DNA from: Marine Group II euryarchaeote MED-G38
GTDB taxonomy: Archaea > Thermoplasmatota > Poseidoniia > Poseidoniales > Thalassarchaeaceae
Assembly (NCBI GenBank): GCA_002457145.1
Contig: NTJP01000002.1
Coordinates: 33,583 to 97,582 of the forward strand
Reading direction: 5' to 3'
Length of the DNA stretch: 64,000 bases
Positions 51,464 to 59,510 of the stretch are shown one piece after another (positions within the stretch are counted from its first letter, which is position 1; each line of letters starts with the position of its first letter). The notes beneath the pieces are model-generated. The model ran no database searches. It was not told where the DNA came from and saw only the letters and a program-made list of their open reading frames with translations. Position numbers and translations under genes: made by a program.

Positions 51464-51733
51464 TTTTGTGCCCCGAGGTGTAACGGCTACCTTCACAGTA
51501 TTACTCTGGCGCCTGACCCACCTCGGGACGTCTGTCGGACTGTGTGGTAGTCCCTTGATTCATTCCTTTCAGTCCTCAGGGGACCTATCACAATCCGGCC
51601 ACTTGTTTTGCTCCATAATTCATTCCTATACGGTCTTCATGGTCTTCGACAAGTGGTTTCCCAAACGTGGTACCATAATTCATTCTCTTCCTCCGGCGTG
51701 GTGGTTTCGTCATCATGGTGTTGCCGTTTGGGC
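51464..51733 (-). ncRNA. Predicted four-hairpin H/ACA pseudouridylation guide RNA
   Basis: GC-rich intergenic island with four stems (51660-51732, 51599-51656, 51536-51597, 51470-51529). Each has an internal pocket, an upper stem and a tandem GA/GA K-turn (3' strand AAUGA three times, UGUGA once). ACA follows hairpins 3 and 4; AAA follows hairpin 1. Confidence 0.85.
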
Positions 51734-51793
51734 ATTTAATCCTCGACTACTTCATTCAAGAATGTCTCGGTCAATGGTAAAACAAAACTATCA

Positions 51794-54382
51794 TCATATC
51801 ATTATGCTTGTATCGTTGTAACCAGATAGTTTTTTAATTATTCTTTCTCCAACTTCTTTCTTCCCATCTAGTATTTCATCAATAGAAAAATAAGGCCATT
51901 TTTCCACAGGTTGTGCCAACCAACCAATCAAATTATGAGTTTTTCCGGGGAGAGGAGGGACATTCTTAATTGCATTATTTATGGAATTATATAAATCCAA
52001 AATAGAATCACTTATTATTGAATTTTTTATTTTTGATAATTCATTAATTATTCTAAAATCACATCCTGGATGGGGCTTTGATGACAAACCCGGAATAGGA
52101 CTTTTTTCTCCTTTAGGTCTTAATATAGTGGAGCACCAGGGCAAATCAATACTCAGTAGCCATTTCAAATCATCATCTTTAATCGCCTTCAGCAATATTT
52201 CTTGAGACTCAATAGCCCACCAATCTGATGGCATAGTATTAACTATATGTCGTATTTCTACTTCATTTAATTTCTTTCCTTTCAATATCATATCTAACAT
52301 ATTTGACCATATTTTAACATCATTAATGTCATCTAAATATTTATTTTTATTTTTTATTTTATGCATCAACTCATCTATTTTAATTAGATCATCATTATTT
52401 TTAGAATATAACCAATATACTCCCTTAATCGTATCCAAAGATTTAATTGGTGGATTTTTTAACCAGGCTTCTATTGCCCAATCTAACATATCTAGATGTA
52501 TATTATCTGGCAACCATGGCGCATTAGAAAGAAATTGTGCTGCAATCCAAGATACTCCTTTTGAAGCATTTTTTGATTCTATCACCGGCCTAGATCGCAG
52601 GAATATGTCTGGATCTTTTCTCAACTTAATCTTTAAATTCTTTGAATATAAATTAAGCACTGAATCTGGGGCCTCATTAGATACTTCGACAATTCTTTCT
52701 ATTGGTAAAAAATCTAGGTTCAATAATGCTAGCCATTCTGGATCAATTCGCTTTCGTAATCTTTGCCATCTTGGCCATCTTCCTTTATCGGGAGATGCTA
52801 TCCAAGCCGCTATTGGATATCTTGCTTCCATTTGATTTGCCCAACTCTCATCTCCAAGAGGATATTGCGAAATAGACGACATAACGACAGACTTATATTC
52901 TTCATCTAATTTTTCTTTTTCATAGTTATTTTCTATCTCAAATCCTAAAACTGTCCAAGGAGTGATATTTTCATTAACAGTTTTCTCTTCTATCAAATTC
53001 TGATATTCTACTTCTATGAGTTTGAAGGGTAACTTAACTCCACTTTTCGTTACAAACTCTAACCATGGCAAAGCTCTTTTCGTATCGACTCTTAGGGTAT
53101 CAAAGTCATTGAAATATATATTTTCATCTCCTATTATCAATAATCTTAATTTATTACATAGAGATAATTTTAGCATTGTATTACTTGAAATAATCTCAGT
53201 TAAATCTATTACTAAGTCTAGATTTTTATCAACTGATATGCTCCATTGTATTATCGAATCTATTGCATTTTTACCTAGGCCACGAGTTTCTATTTCATTA
53301 GAGTATTTTTTATCATCAAAAATAACATTATTCCAGTCTTTTCTAAATTTTCTCCAGGTTGAGTCTGATGTCTTAATTCTTTTTTTTGTAGATATTTTTT
53401 CTTTCAGTGAAATTAATCTCTTTTTCTTTTCTTGACTAGATATTCTAGGATGGGCAATTTCAATCCAATAATCTAGAACTTTTATTGGATAAATACTTTG
53501 ATTAGAATCTATTCCTCTTAAATCACCTATTACTATTGAGTTTCCTTTAGCGGTCCTCAGTAACATTGATTTGTACAAATTATCATTCATTAACGCCACT
53601 AGAGGATTTTTCGGCCTTATGTCAGGCGATAAATGATGACATACTCCTAATGTCCAATTTCCACGGTGATAACTATTTTCAGGTAAAGGTGGCTTAGGCC
53701 TAAAATCTGGAAGCTCAAACCATCGCCCTATGGGTATTGACATAACTTCTTCTTCATGTATCAATCTACCTCTTGCAATTCCTACAATTTGTGTACTATT
53801 AGAATATGATTCTATATTTTGGGGATCAATTAAGATTGGCCCTTCATCACTAATAATTCTTTTGTCCAAATCAAACCATGTCAAACCATCTTCATTTAAT
53901 TTGGCCCAACTCCATGACACCCCTTTATTTCCTCTGGAATCTGGTAATTTATCTGGGACTAATATCAGTGGTTCTTCTGGTTGTTGTAGAAATGCAAATA
54001 ATATATCCACTCCTTCTCGATATAATATGCAATATTTCCCTTTTTCATGAGGGAGAGGAAAAGCCTTTTCTATCTTAAACCATTCATCCATTTGCAGTAA
54101 TTTTCTACCTTTTTCTGTTAGTCTTATTTTCGCCCCTCTGCTCCCCATTTCTAGATCACTAGATACTAATTTTTCTCTCCTCATTCTCTTAATCTCGGCT
54201 GAAGCATGAGGCATCCTCAATCCTACCAATTTAGCTAATTCGCTTACAGTCTCTTGTCTTTCAACTAGCCTATTCATCAATCTAAGTCTATACTTACTTC
54301 GTATCTTCTTTGGTGTATTTTCTGCACCTTCCAATTCAGAATTTTTGAAATCTAATGACACTATTGTACGCCTCCGAATCAA
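51794..54382 (-). CDS. Large protein with an N-terminal ArsR/MarR-like winged helix and an unknown Trp-rich body
   Basis: RLRLMNRL...TVSELAKLVGL..PHAS.EIKRM...LV...RLTEKG; TTG start. Confidence 0.7.
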   Translation of the reverse strand: MIRRRTIVSLDFKNSELEGAENTPKKIRSKYRLRLMNRLVERQETVSELAKLVGLRMPHASAEIKRMRREKLVSSDLEMGSRGAKIRLTEKGRKLLQMDEWFKIEKAFPLPHEKGKYCILYREGVDILFAFLQQPEEPLILVPDKLPDSRGNKGVSWSWAKLNEDGLTWFDLDKRIISDEGPILIDPQNIESYSNSTQIVGIARGRLIHEEEVMSIPIGRWFELPDFRPKPPLPENSYHRGNWTLGVCHHLSPDIRPKNPLVALMNDNLYKSMLLRTAKGNSIVIGDLRGIDSNQSIYPIKVLDYWIEIAHPRISSQEKKKRLISLKEKISTKKRIKTSDSTWRKFRKDWNNVIFDDKKYSNEIETRGLGKNAIDSIIQWSISVDKNLDLVIDLTEIISSNTMLKLSLCNKLRLLIIGDENIYFNDFDTLRVDTKRALPWLEFVTKSGVKLPFKLIEVEYQNLIEEKTVNENITPWTVLGFEIENNYEKEKLDEEYKSVVMSSISQYPLGDESWANQMEARYPIAAWIASPDKGRWPRWQRLRKRIDPEWLALLNLDFLPIERIVEVSNEAPDSVLNLYSKNLKIKLRKDPDIFLRSRPVIESKNASKGVSWIAAQFLSNAPWLPDNIHLDMLDWAIEAWLKNPPIKSLDTIKGVYWLYSKNNDDLIKIDELMHKIKNKNKYLDDINDVKIWSNMLDMILKGKKLNEVEIRHIVNTMPSDWWAIESQEILLKAIKDDDLKWLLSIDLPWCSTILRPKGEKSPIPGLSSKPHPGCDFRIINELSKIKNSIISDSILDLYNSINNAIKNVPPLPGKTHNLIGWLAQPVEKWPYFSIDEILDGKKEVGERIIKKLSGYNDTSIMI

Positions 54383-54596
54383 TCTAAATAGAATATATGT
54401 ATAAATTTATCTTTTATAATTACAATTAGTTACATATTTCCTGTGGAAATTATAATTACTATCTTACATTACTATTTTATCTACGTCTTTTCACTAAATT
54501 AACGAAACAATATGTAACCAAATATTGTAATATCATACATAACCATTATATTACCCCCCGCTCTCCTCTTAAACATCCTTCGATTGCGGGGAGTTT
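54383..54596. promoter_or_regulatory. AT-rich divergent intergenic region with nested inverted and direct repeats
   Basis: Inverted GTTACATATT (54429-38)/AATATGTAAC (54509-18) and ATTACAAT (54419-26)/ATTGTAAT (54524-31); TATAATTAC at 54415 and 54451; palindrome ATTTCC-TGT-GGAAAT at 54436-50. Confidence 0.55.
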
Positions 54597-54617
54597 GTGA
54601 GTTGGCTGTTGATAATT

Positions 54618-54872
54618 ATGGACATGAATAATATTCGTACATCTATCAAAAAGTACTTGACCAAAAAACCTAGAAACACCGCTGAAATAACCACATGGCT
54701 ATCTAGTAAAAATATCTCTTCTAATCATGGAATAGTGGAGATTTTAGAATCAGATGCATCTATTGTTAGAATCGGTGTTGTCAGGAAAAGTGGCATGATT
54801 GATAAAAAACTACCACTTTCAGAATGGGCAACAGAAGAATGGGTACAATACCATAAAAGATCAGTAATATAA
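54618..54872 (+). CDS. DUF3860-like small winged-helix protein; probable start 54618
   Basis: IKKYL..KPRNTAEI..WL...IL.SD.SIVRIG...W; paralogous to the next gene. Confidence 0.7.
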   Translation: MDMNNIRTSIKKYLTKKPRNTAEITTWLSSKNISSNHGIVEILESDASIVRIGVVRKSGMIDKKLPLSEWATEEWVQYHKRSVI

Positions 54873-54885
54873 AGAGGAAATTAAT

Positions 54886-55152
54886 ATGAGAACTACAAGA
54901 TTAAGGCAGAAAATAAAGAAATTTTTAGACTTCAAAGGCGAAGCAAATACTACAGAAATATTGGAACATGTAAATTCAACTATGAGACATGGCACTACTC
55001 CTCAGCAACTAGGAAATGTTCTTTCGAAAGATAAAGATATACTAAAAATATCTACCACTAAGAGAGGTGGAGCACTATCTGGAAGATATGAAATCTGCGT
55101 GTGGCAGCTTAGACCTGGAACATTTGATAATCAAAACTTAGGCCAGAAATAA
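54886..55152 (+). CDS. DUF3860-like small winged-helix protein
   Basis: RLRQKIKKFL..NTTEILEHVNSTMRHGTTPQQLGNVLSKDKDI...YEICVW; SD GAGG. Confidence 0.8.
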   Translation: MRTTRLRQKIKKFLDFKGEANTTEILEHVNSTMRHGTTPQQLGNVLSKDKDILKISTTKRGGALSGRYEICVWQLRPGTFDNQNLGQK

Positions 55153-55159
55153 ATAATTT

Positions 55160-56167
55160 TTATTCCAATTCTAATTCCCACTTGCCGTATCTTGCCCTAT
55201 GATTCATTTCTGCTCTTTTTATGAATGCATTTTGACTAGATTCGGGAGTTCCAACTGCCCATTCCTTCAATGCCGATGCCTGTAATGCTCTGCCGTATGA
55301 ATATGATAATTCCCATGGATATTCTTTATTCATTTTATTCATTATATCCAAATGTGCTGTAGCGTCTTGATCACTCTGTCCTCCAGATAAGAATACTATG
55401 CCGGGTATTTCTTTAGGGACATTTTCAGTCAAGCATTGAATAGTCATTTCAGCAACTCTATTTCTATCTATTTGATTATTATTATTTTTTCCTGAAATTA
55501 TCATATTAGGCTTTAATAATGCACCTGGCAAATATACTCCATTTTTTTCACATTCTGCAAATGTTATATCTAATACCTTTGACGTAACTTCCATACATTT
55601 TTCTGCACTATGAGTTCCATCCATTAAAACTTCAGGTTCTATGATTGGAACTAGTCCTTCTTCTTGGCAAATTCTAGCATATTTAGCCAGTGATTCGGCA
55701 TTAGCCTTTATGCATCTTTCACTAGGATTGTCTTCATCAATTGAGATTACAGCCCTCCATTTGGTAAATCTCGCACCCATTTCAAAATATTCTTTACATC
55801 TTTTGCTTAAACCATCCAAACCTTCTGTTATTTTTTCTCCAAAACTACCTTCTAATTCTTTTGTTCCAGTGTCTACTTTAATACCAGGATAAACTCCTCT
55901 TTCTTTCAATGCAGTAGGTATGTCTACTCCATCATCCATCTTCTGTCTAATGGTTTCATCATAGAGTATAACTCCACTTATTGCCTTCTCATAATTTTTA
56001 GATGAAAATAAATTAACTCTATATTTTCTTCTATTTTCTTCTGTAGGTTCAATCCCAACGGACTCTAAGCGCTTTGACATTGTTCCATTACTTTCATCCG
56101 CAGCCAATATTCCTTTACCGGGTGAGACCAAATTATTTGCTATTTTTTCTAGATTTTTAATATCCAT
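55160..56167 (-). CDS. fba: Fructose-bisphosphate aldolase class I (bacterial/eukaryotic glycolytic type)
   Basis: KGILAADES, GIKVD, KWR, VPIIEPE, LLKPNM, FLSGGQS and SYGRALQ. Confidence 0.97.
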   Translation of the reverse strand: MDIKNLEKIANNLVSPGKGILAADESNGTMSKRLESVGIEPTEENRRKYRVNLFSSKNYEKAISGVILYDETIRQKMDDGVDIPTALKERGVYPGIKVDTGTKELEGSFGEKITEGLDGLSKRCKEYFEMGARFTKWRAVISIDEDNPSERCIKANAESLAKYARICQEEGLVPIIEPEVLMDGTHSAEKCMEVTSKVLDITFAECEKNGVYLPGALLKPNMIISGKNNNNQIDRNRVAEMTIQCLTENVPKEIPGIVFLSGGQSDQDATAHLDIMNKMNKEYPWELSYSYGRALQASALKEWAVGTPESSQNAFIKRAEMNHRARYGKWELELE

Positions 56168-56224
56168 GGTATTCTCTAAAGGCCGCGAGTGCGATTAAGA
56201 AAATGAATCCATCGATATATTATC

Positions 56225-57178
56225 TCATATTTTTCTCTCTGATGTGATGAACTTATGTTCTTTATTCATTACATCAATAATTTCTGAATGGACAATTATT
56301 TTTTCTTTTCCAGACATATCGACTCCCTTGGTCCTCCCCTCACATACTCCAGTCCCAATAAAAATTGAATCATCCGAAGAACATAATTCATCCCTTTTCC
56401 ATAATCTTTCAATGTCTCCCTCTATCATTTTCTCTGCTCTTTCTCTATGTCCTTCATTTTTAAAAATTAATCTTCCTTCAAATGGAGCATCGAGGCCCCT
56501 TAATGCGGTTGCAGTTATCACTCCTTCAGGAGCAGCACCAATTCCCATTAACATATCTATGTTCGATTTAGGATCGGCAGCATCCAGCGCTGCAGATATA
56601 TCGCCATCACCAATTTTAACAATATTTACACTATATTCTTTTAATTCTTTAATTAATTGTTTATGCCTAGGCCTATCCATAACTACCACATTTAGTTCAT
56701 TTGTTCTTTTGTCCAACTTTGCAGAAGCAGCCTCAATATTATAAGATACCCCTGCATCTAAACTTATTTCTCCGAGAAGCTCATTAGGTCCTGAGATTTT
56801 ATCCATGTAACAATCCGGTGCATGGAGTAAAGTACCCCTCGGAGCTGCTGCTAATACAGCCATTGCATTTGGTAAATCTGATGCAACATGATTTGTACAT
56901 TCTAAAGGGTCAACGGCGATATCTATTGATAAAGCTCCTAATTCTCCTTGCATAGAACCCAAAGATTCGCCTATCCATAGCATTGGTGCATCATCACGTT
57001 CTCCTTCTCCTATTGCTACTCTTCCATCAAATGGTACATTATCAAATACATTCCTCATAGCCTCTACTGCAGCTCCGTCTGCGGCTTTCCCATCTCCAAG
57101 GCCTATCCAAGATGCTGCTGCAATTGCTGCTGATTCTGTCGCATCAAGAAAATATTTCTCTAAACTGTTTGTGCTCAT
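56225..57178 (-). CDS. glpX: Fructose-1,6-bisphosphatase class II; probable start 57178
   Basis: ADGAAVEAMR, IGEGERDDAPML, DIAVDPLE, DRPRH, DGD and APEGV. Confidence 0.95.
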   Translation of the reverse strand: MSTNSLEKYFLDATESAAIAAASWIGLGDGKAADGAAVEAMRNVFDNVPFDGRVAIGEGERDDAPMLWIGESLGSMQGELGALSIDIAVDPLECTNHVASDLPNAMAVLAAAPRGTLLHAPDCYMDKISGPNELLGEISLDAGVSYNIEAASAKLDKRTNELNVVVMDRPRHKQLIKELKEYSVNIVKIGDGDISAALDAADPKSNIDMLMGIGAAPEGVITATALRGLDAPFEGRLIFKNEGHRERAEKMIEGDIERLWKRDELCSSDDSIFIGTGVCEGRTKGVDMSGKEKIIVHSEIIDVMNKEHKFITSERKI

Positions 57179-57203
57179 ATGTCTTCGCAGAGCATGGAGG
57201 CAT

Positions 57204-57650
57204 TCAATCATATGGTTGTTGTTTTATTTTTTCTAATATCTTTATTTCAGTTATTAGAGTATTTGGATATTGTCCATTAGAATCTTTCTCTACTGATTTT
57301 AACATATCCAAGGCACATAGTAAACCATTGCTAACTCCACACAATGCTTCCATCTCTACTCCTGTATTCCAATTAGAAATAACAGAAACTGTACACCTCA
57401 ATCCATTTTCTTCTATTTTCCAATTAACATTAGAGGCTTCTATGGGAATATTGTGGCAATGAGGAATCATTCTTGAGGTTTCTTTTATTGCTTGTATGGC
57501 CGCAATCGTGGAAGCTTCTAGTACATTACCCTTTTTTATCTCTCCTTTTCTTACTTTGTCTATTGATATTTTGCTCAATATCAATAACCCAGTAGCTATT
57601 GCTTCTCTTCTAACTTTTGGTTTATTACTGATGTCTACTATTGCATCCAT
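57204..57650 (-). CDS. moaC: Cyclic pyranopterin monophosphate synthase
   Basis: VDISNK, IPHCH, TGVEMEAL and DMLK. Confidence 0.95.
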   Translation of the reverse strand: MDAIVDISNKPKVRREAIATGLLILSKISIDKVRKGEIKKGNVLEASTIAAIQAIKETSRMIPHCHNIPIEASNVNWKIEENGLRCTVSVISNWNTGVEMEALCGVSNGLLCALDMLKSVEKDSNGQYPNTLITEIKILEKIKQQPYD

Positions 57651-57727
57651 GATGTCACTCCAATAAGCCGACCATTAACTTAGTATTTTACTAATTATGT
57701 ATTAAATTATTAATTTATAATGTGTGA

Positions 57728-58150
57728 TCAACCCAAACCTTGCTTCCAAAACACTCCATCTTCTCTTACTTCTTTCTTCCAAAGAGGGGCCTGCCTTTTC
57801 AATTCGTCTATTAACCAACTACATGCAGCAAATCCTTCTTTCCTATGTGCAGAACCGACATGAATGCTCACAATTGGCTCCATCGGGTTAACTGTTCCAA
57901 TCCTATGTGCCAAAGAAACAGAATTAACTCCAAATTTATTAATAGATTTTTCTGCAATCTCTCTAAGTACTTTAGATAATTTTTTATCCCATGAATCGAA
58001 TACTAATTTTTCTACTTTAGCATATTCCTCTATGCCTCTAACAATTCCGGTAAATGATACTATACTACCGCAGTCTTCTTGATCGATTAATTCAAGTAAT
58101 TTTTCTGGTTCTAATTTTTCACTCTCAACCGATATCACAACTTTTGACAT
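57728..58150 (-). CDS. moaE: Molybdopterin synthase catalytic subunit; probable start 58150
   Basis: GSIVSFTGIVR, HRIG, SAHR and LK..APLWKKE. Confidence 0.93.
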   Translation of the reverse strand: MSKVVISVESEKLEPEKLLELIDQEDCGSIVSFTGIVRGIEEYAKVEKLVFDSWDKKLSKVLREIAEKSINKFGVNSVSLAHRIGTVNPMEPIVSIHVGSAHRKEGFAACSWLIDELKRQAPLWKKEVREDGVFWKQGLG

Positions 58151-58229
58151 ATAACTCCCATTCAGCCCTTGGTCTTGAATACAACGGAAATAACCCAATA
58201 TTGAAATTAAGTATAACACTCGCAAATAC

Positions 58230-59456
58230 ATGACCGACCAAGCCATACATATCTTGGGTGCTGGTTTATCGGGCCTCTCTGCTGCAATAGTCTTGGCAAA
58301 TGCGGGCAAAAAAGTACATGTTTATGAGGTTAGGAAAGATAGCGGTGCGCGTTTTGATGGAGATTTCCAAGGAATTGAGAATTGGACGTCCTCTCCAGAC
58401 TTTTTTGATGAGATGAAAAGTTGGGGTATAGATCCAAATTCGTTCAAATCAAATGAGTTCAATGTAGTCGATTTAGCACACCCTGATGATGTGATTACTC
58501 AACCCAAAACAGAAAATATAGCGTTTAGAGTTGTAGAAAGAGGGACGGATGAACACTGTATAGATCAAGGTCTAAAAAAACTTGCACTAGAGGCAGGTGC
58601 TACTATTCATTACGGTTCAAAAAAATCTCCAGAAGAATGTGATATAATTGCTGCAGGCCCAAAGGATTCAAGTGCTGTGGCATTTGGAGAAATATTCCAC
58701 ACCGATCATCCTAATCATGTTACACTACAACTGAACGATAAACTCGCCCCAGGGGCTTATTCTTATCTAATAATCATAGATGGAGTAGGTCTAATATGCA
58801 CATGTCTTTGGCGTCAACAGAAAAGAAGTAGCCGTTATCTGAATGAAACTATTGCATGGTATGAAGAACATTACAAATTAAATAGAAAACCCATTAAAAG
58901 AGTCGGAGGAAAAGGAGATTTTTCATTACCAAATAAGTATTTTCATGAAGGCCGCTACTACGTCGGTGAAGCCGGCGGTCTACAAGATTTCATGTGGGGA
59001 TTCGGAATGAGATATGCAATAACAAGTGGGACTCTCGCAGCCCATAGTATACTGGGAAAATGTGATTATGAAGCTGAAATACGCAAGCGTTTAATTCCTC
59101 TAGTAAAATCAAGTGCAATAAATCGTTTCTTACTTAATAGAGTTGGAAATAGGGGATTCAAATTAGCCGCTAGATATTGGATGTGGGATCAGAAAAGAAG
59201 AGGAGATGGTCTAGCATTCATGCGCCGTCTTTATGCCCCTAGTATATTTCGAAATATATTATGGCCAATTACTAAGTTAAGTATGTTAAAGCGAAAAAAA
59301 TTGGATGATGGGCGAGTAGTAAGTAGGATGCCATTTAGGAAGGCATTAAAAAGAGATATTTGGGAACCAAGTGCTAAGGCTGTAAGTATCGGTAAACAAT
59401 GGGATGATATAAGAAAATCCGGTGCTAAGACATCTTTCACGGAATCAGATAGCTAG
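58230..59456 (+). CDS. FAD-dependent oxidoreductase (GGR/flavoprotein-like)
   Basis: GAGLSG, APGAYSYL and VGEAGGLQD..GFGMRYA. Confidence 0.85.
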   Translation: MTDQAIHILGAGLSGLSAAIVLANAGKKVHVYEVRKDSGARFDGDFQGIENWTSSPDFFDEMKSWGIDPNSFKSNEFNVVDLAHPDDVITQPKTENIAFRVVERGTDEHCIDQGLKKLALEAGATIHYGSKKSPEECDIIAAGPKDSSAVAFGEIFHTDHPNHVTLQLNDKLAPGAYSYLIIIDGVGLICTCLWRQQKRSSRYLNETIAWYEEHYKLNRKPIKRVGGKGDFSLPNKYFHEGRYYVGEAGGLQDFMWGFGMRYAITSGTLAAHSILGKCDYEAEIRKRLIPLVKSSAINRFLLNRVGNRGFKLAARYWMWDQKRRGDGLAFMRRLYAPSIFRNILWPITKLSMLKRKKLDDGRVVSRMPFRKALKRDIWEPSAKAVSIGKQWDDIRKSGAKTSFTESDS

Positions 59457-59510
59457 AAGTATATCATTAACATCCGTTTGGTTGAAATAATCAATCATAA
59501 TGCCATGGCC

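Noticed and set aside
51464-51733. CRISPR array, tandem glycine riboswitch, RNase P or SRP RNA
   Set aside because: The repeats are short and internal to hairpins, there are no cas genes, and the conserved motifs of those RNAs are missing. H/ACA geometry fits better.
51450-51821. 123-aa + strand ORF with repeated IIHS
   Set aside because: It is the antisense reading of the structured RNA; the repeats come from the K-turn motif GAAUGAAU.
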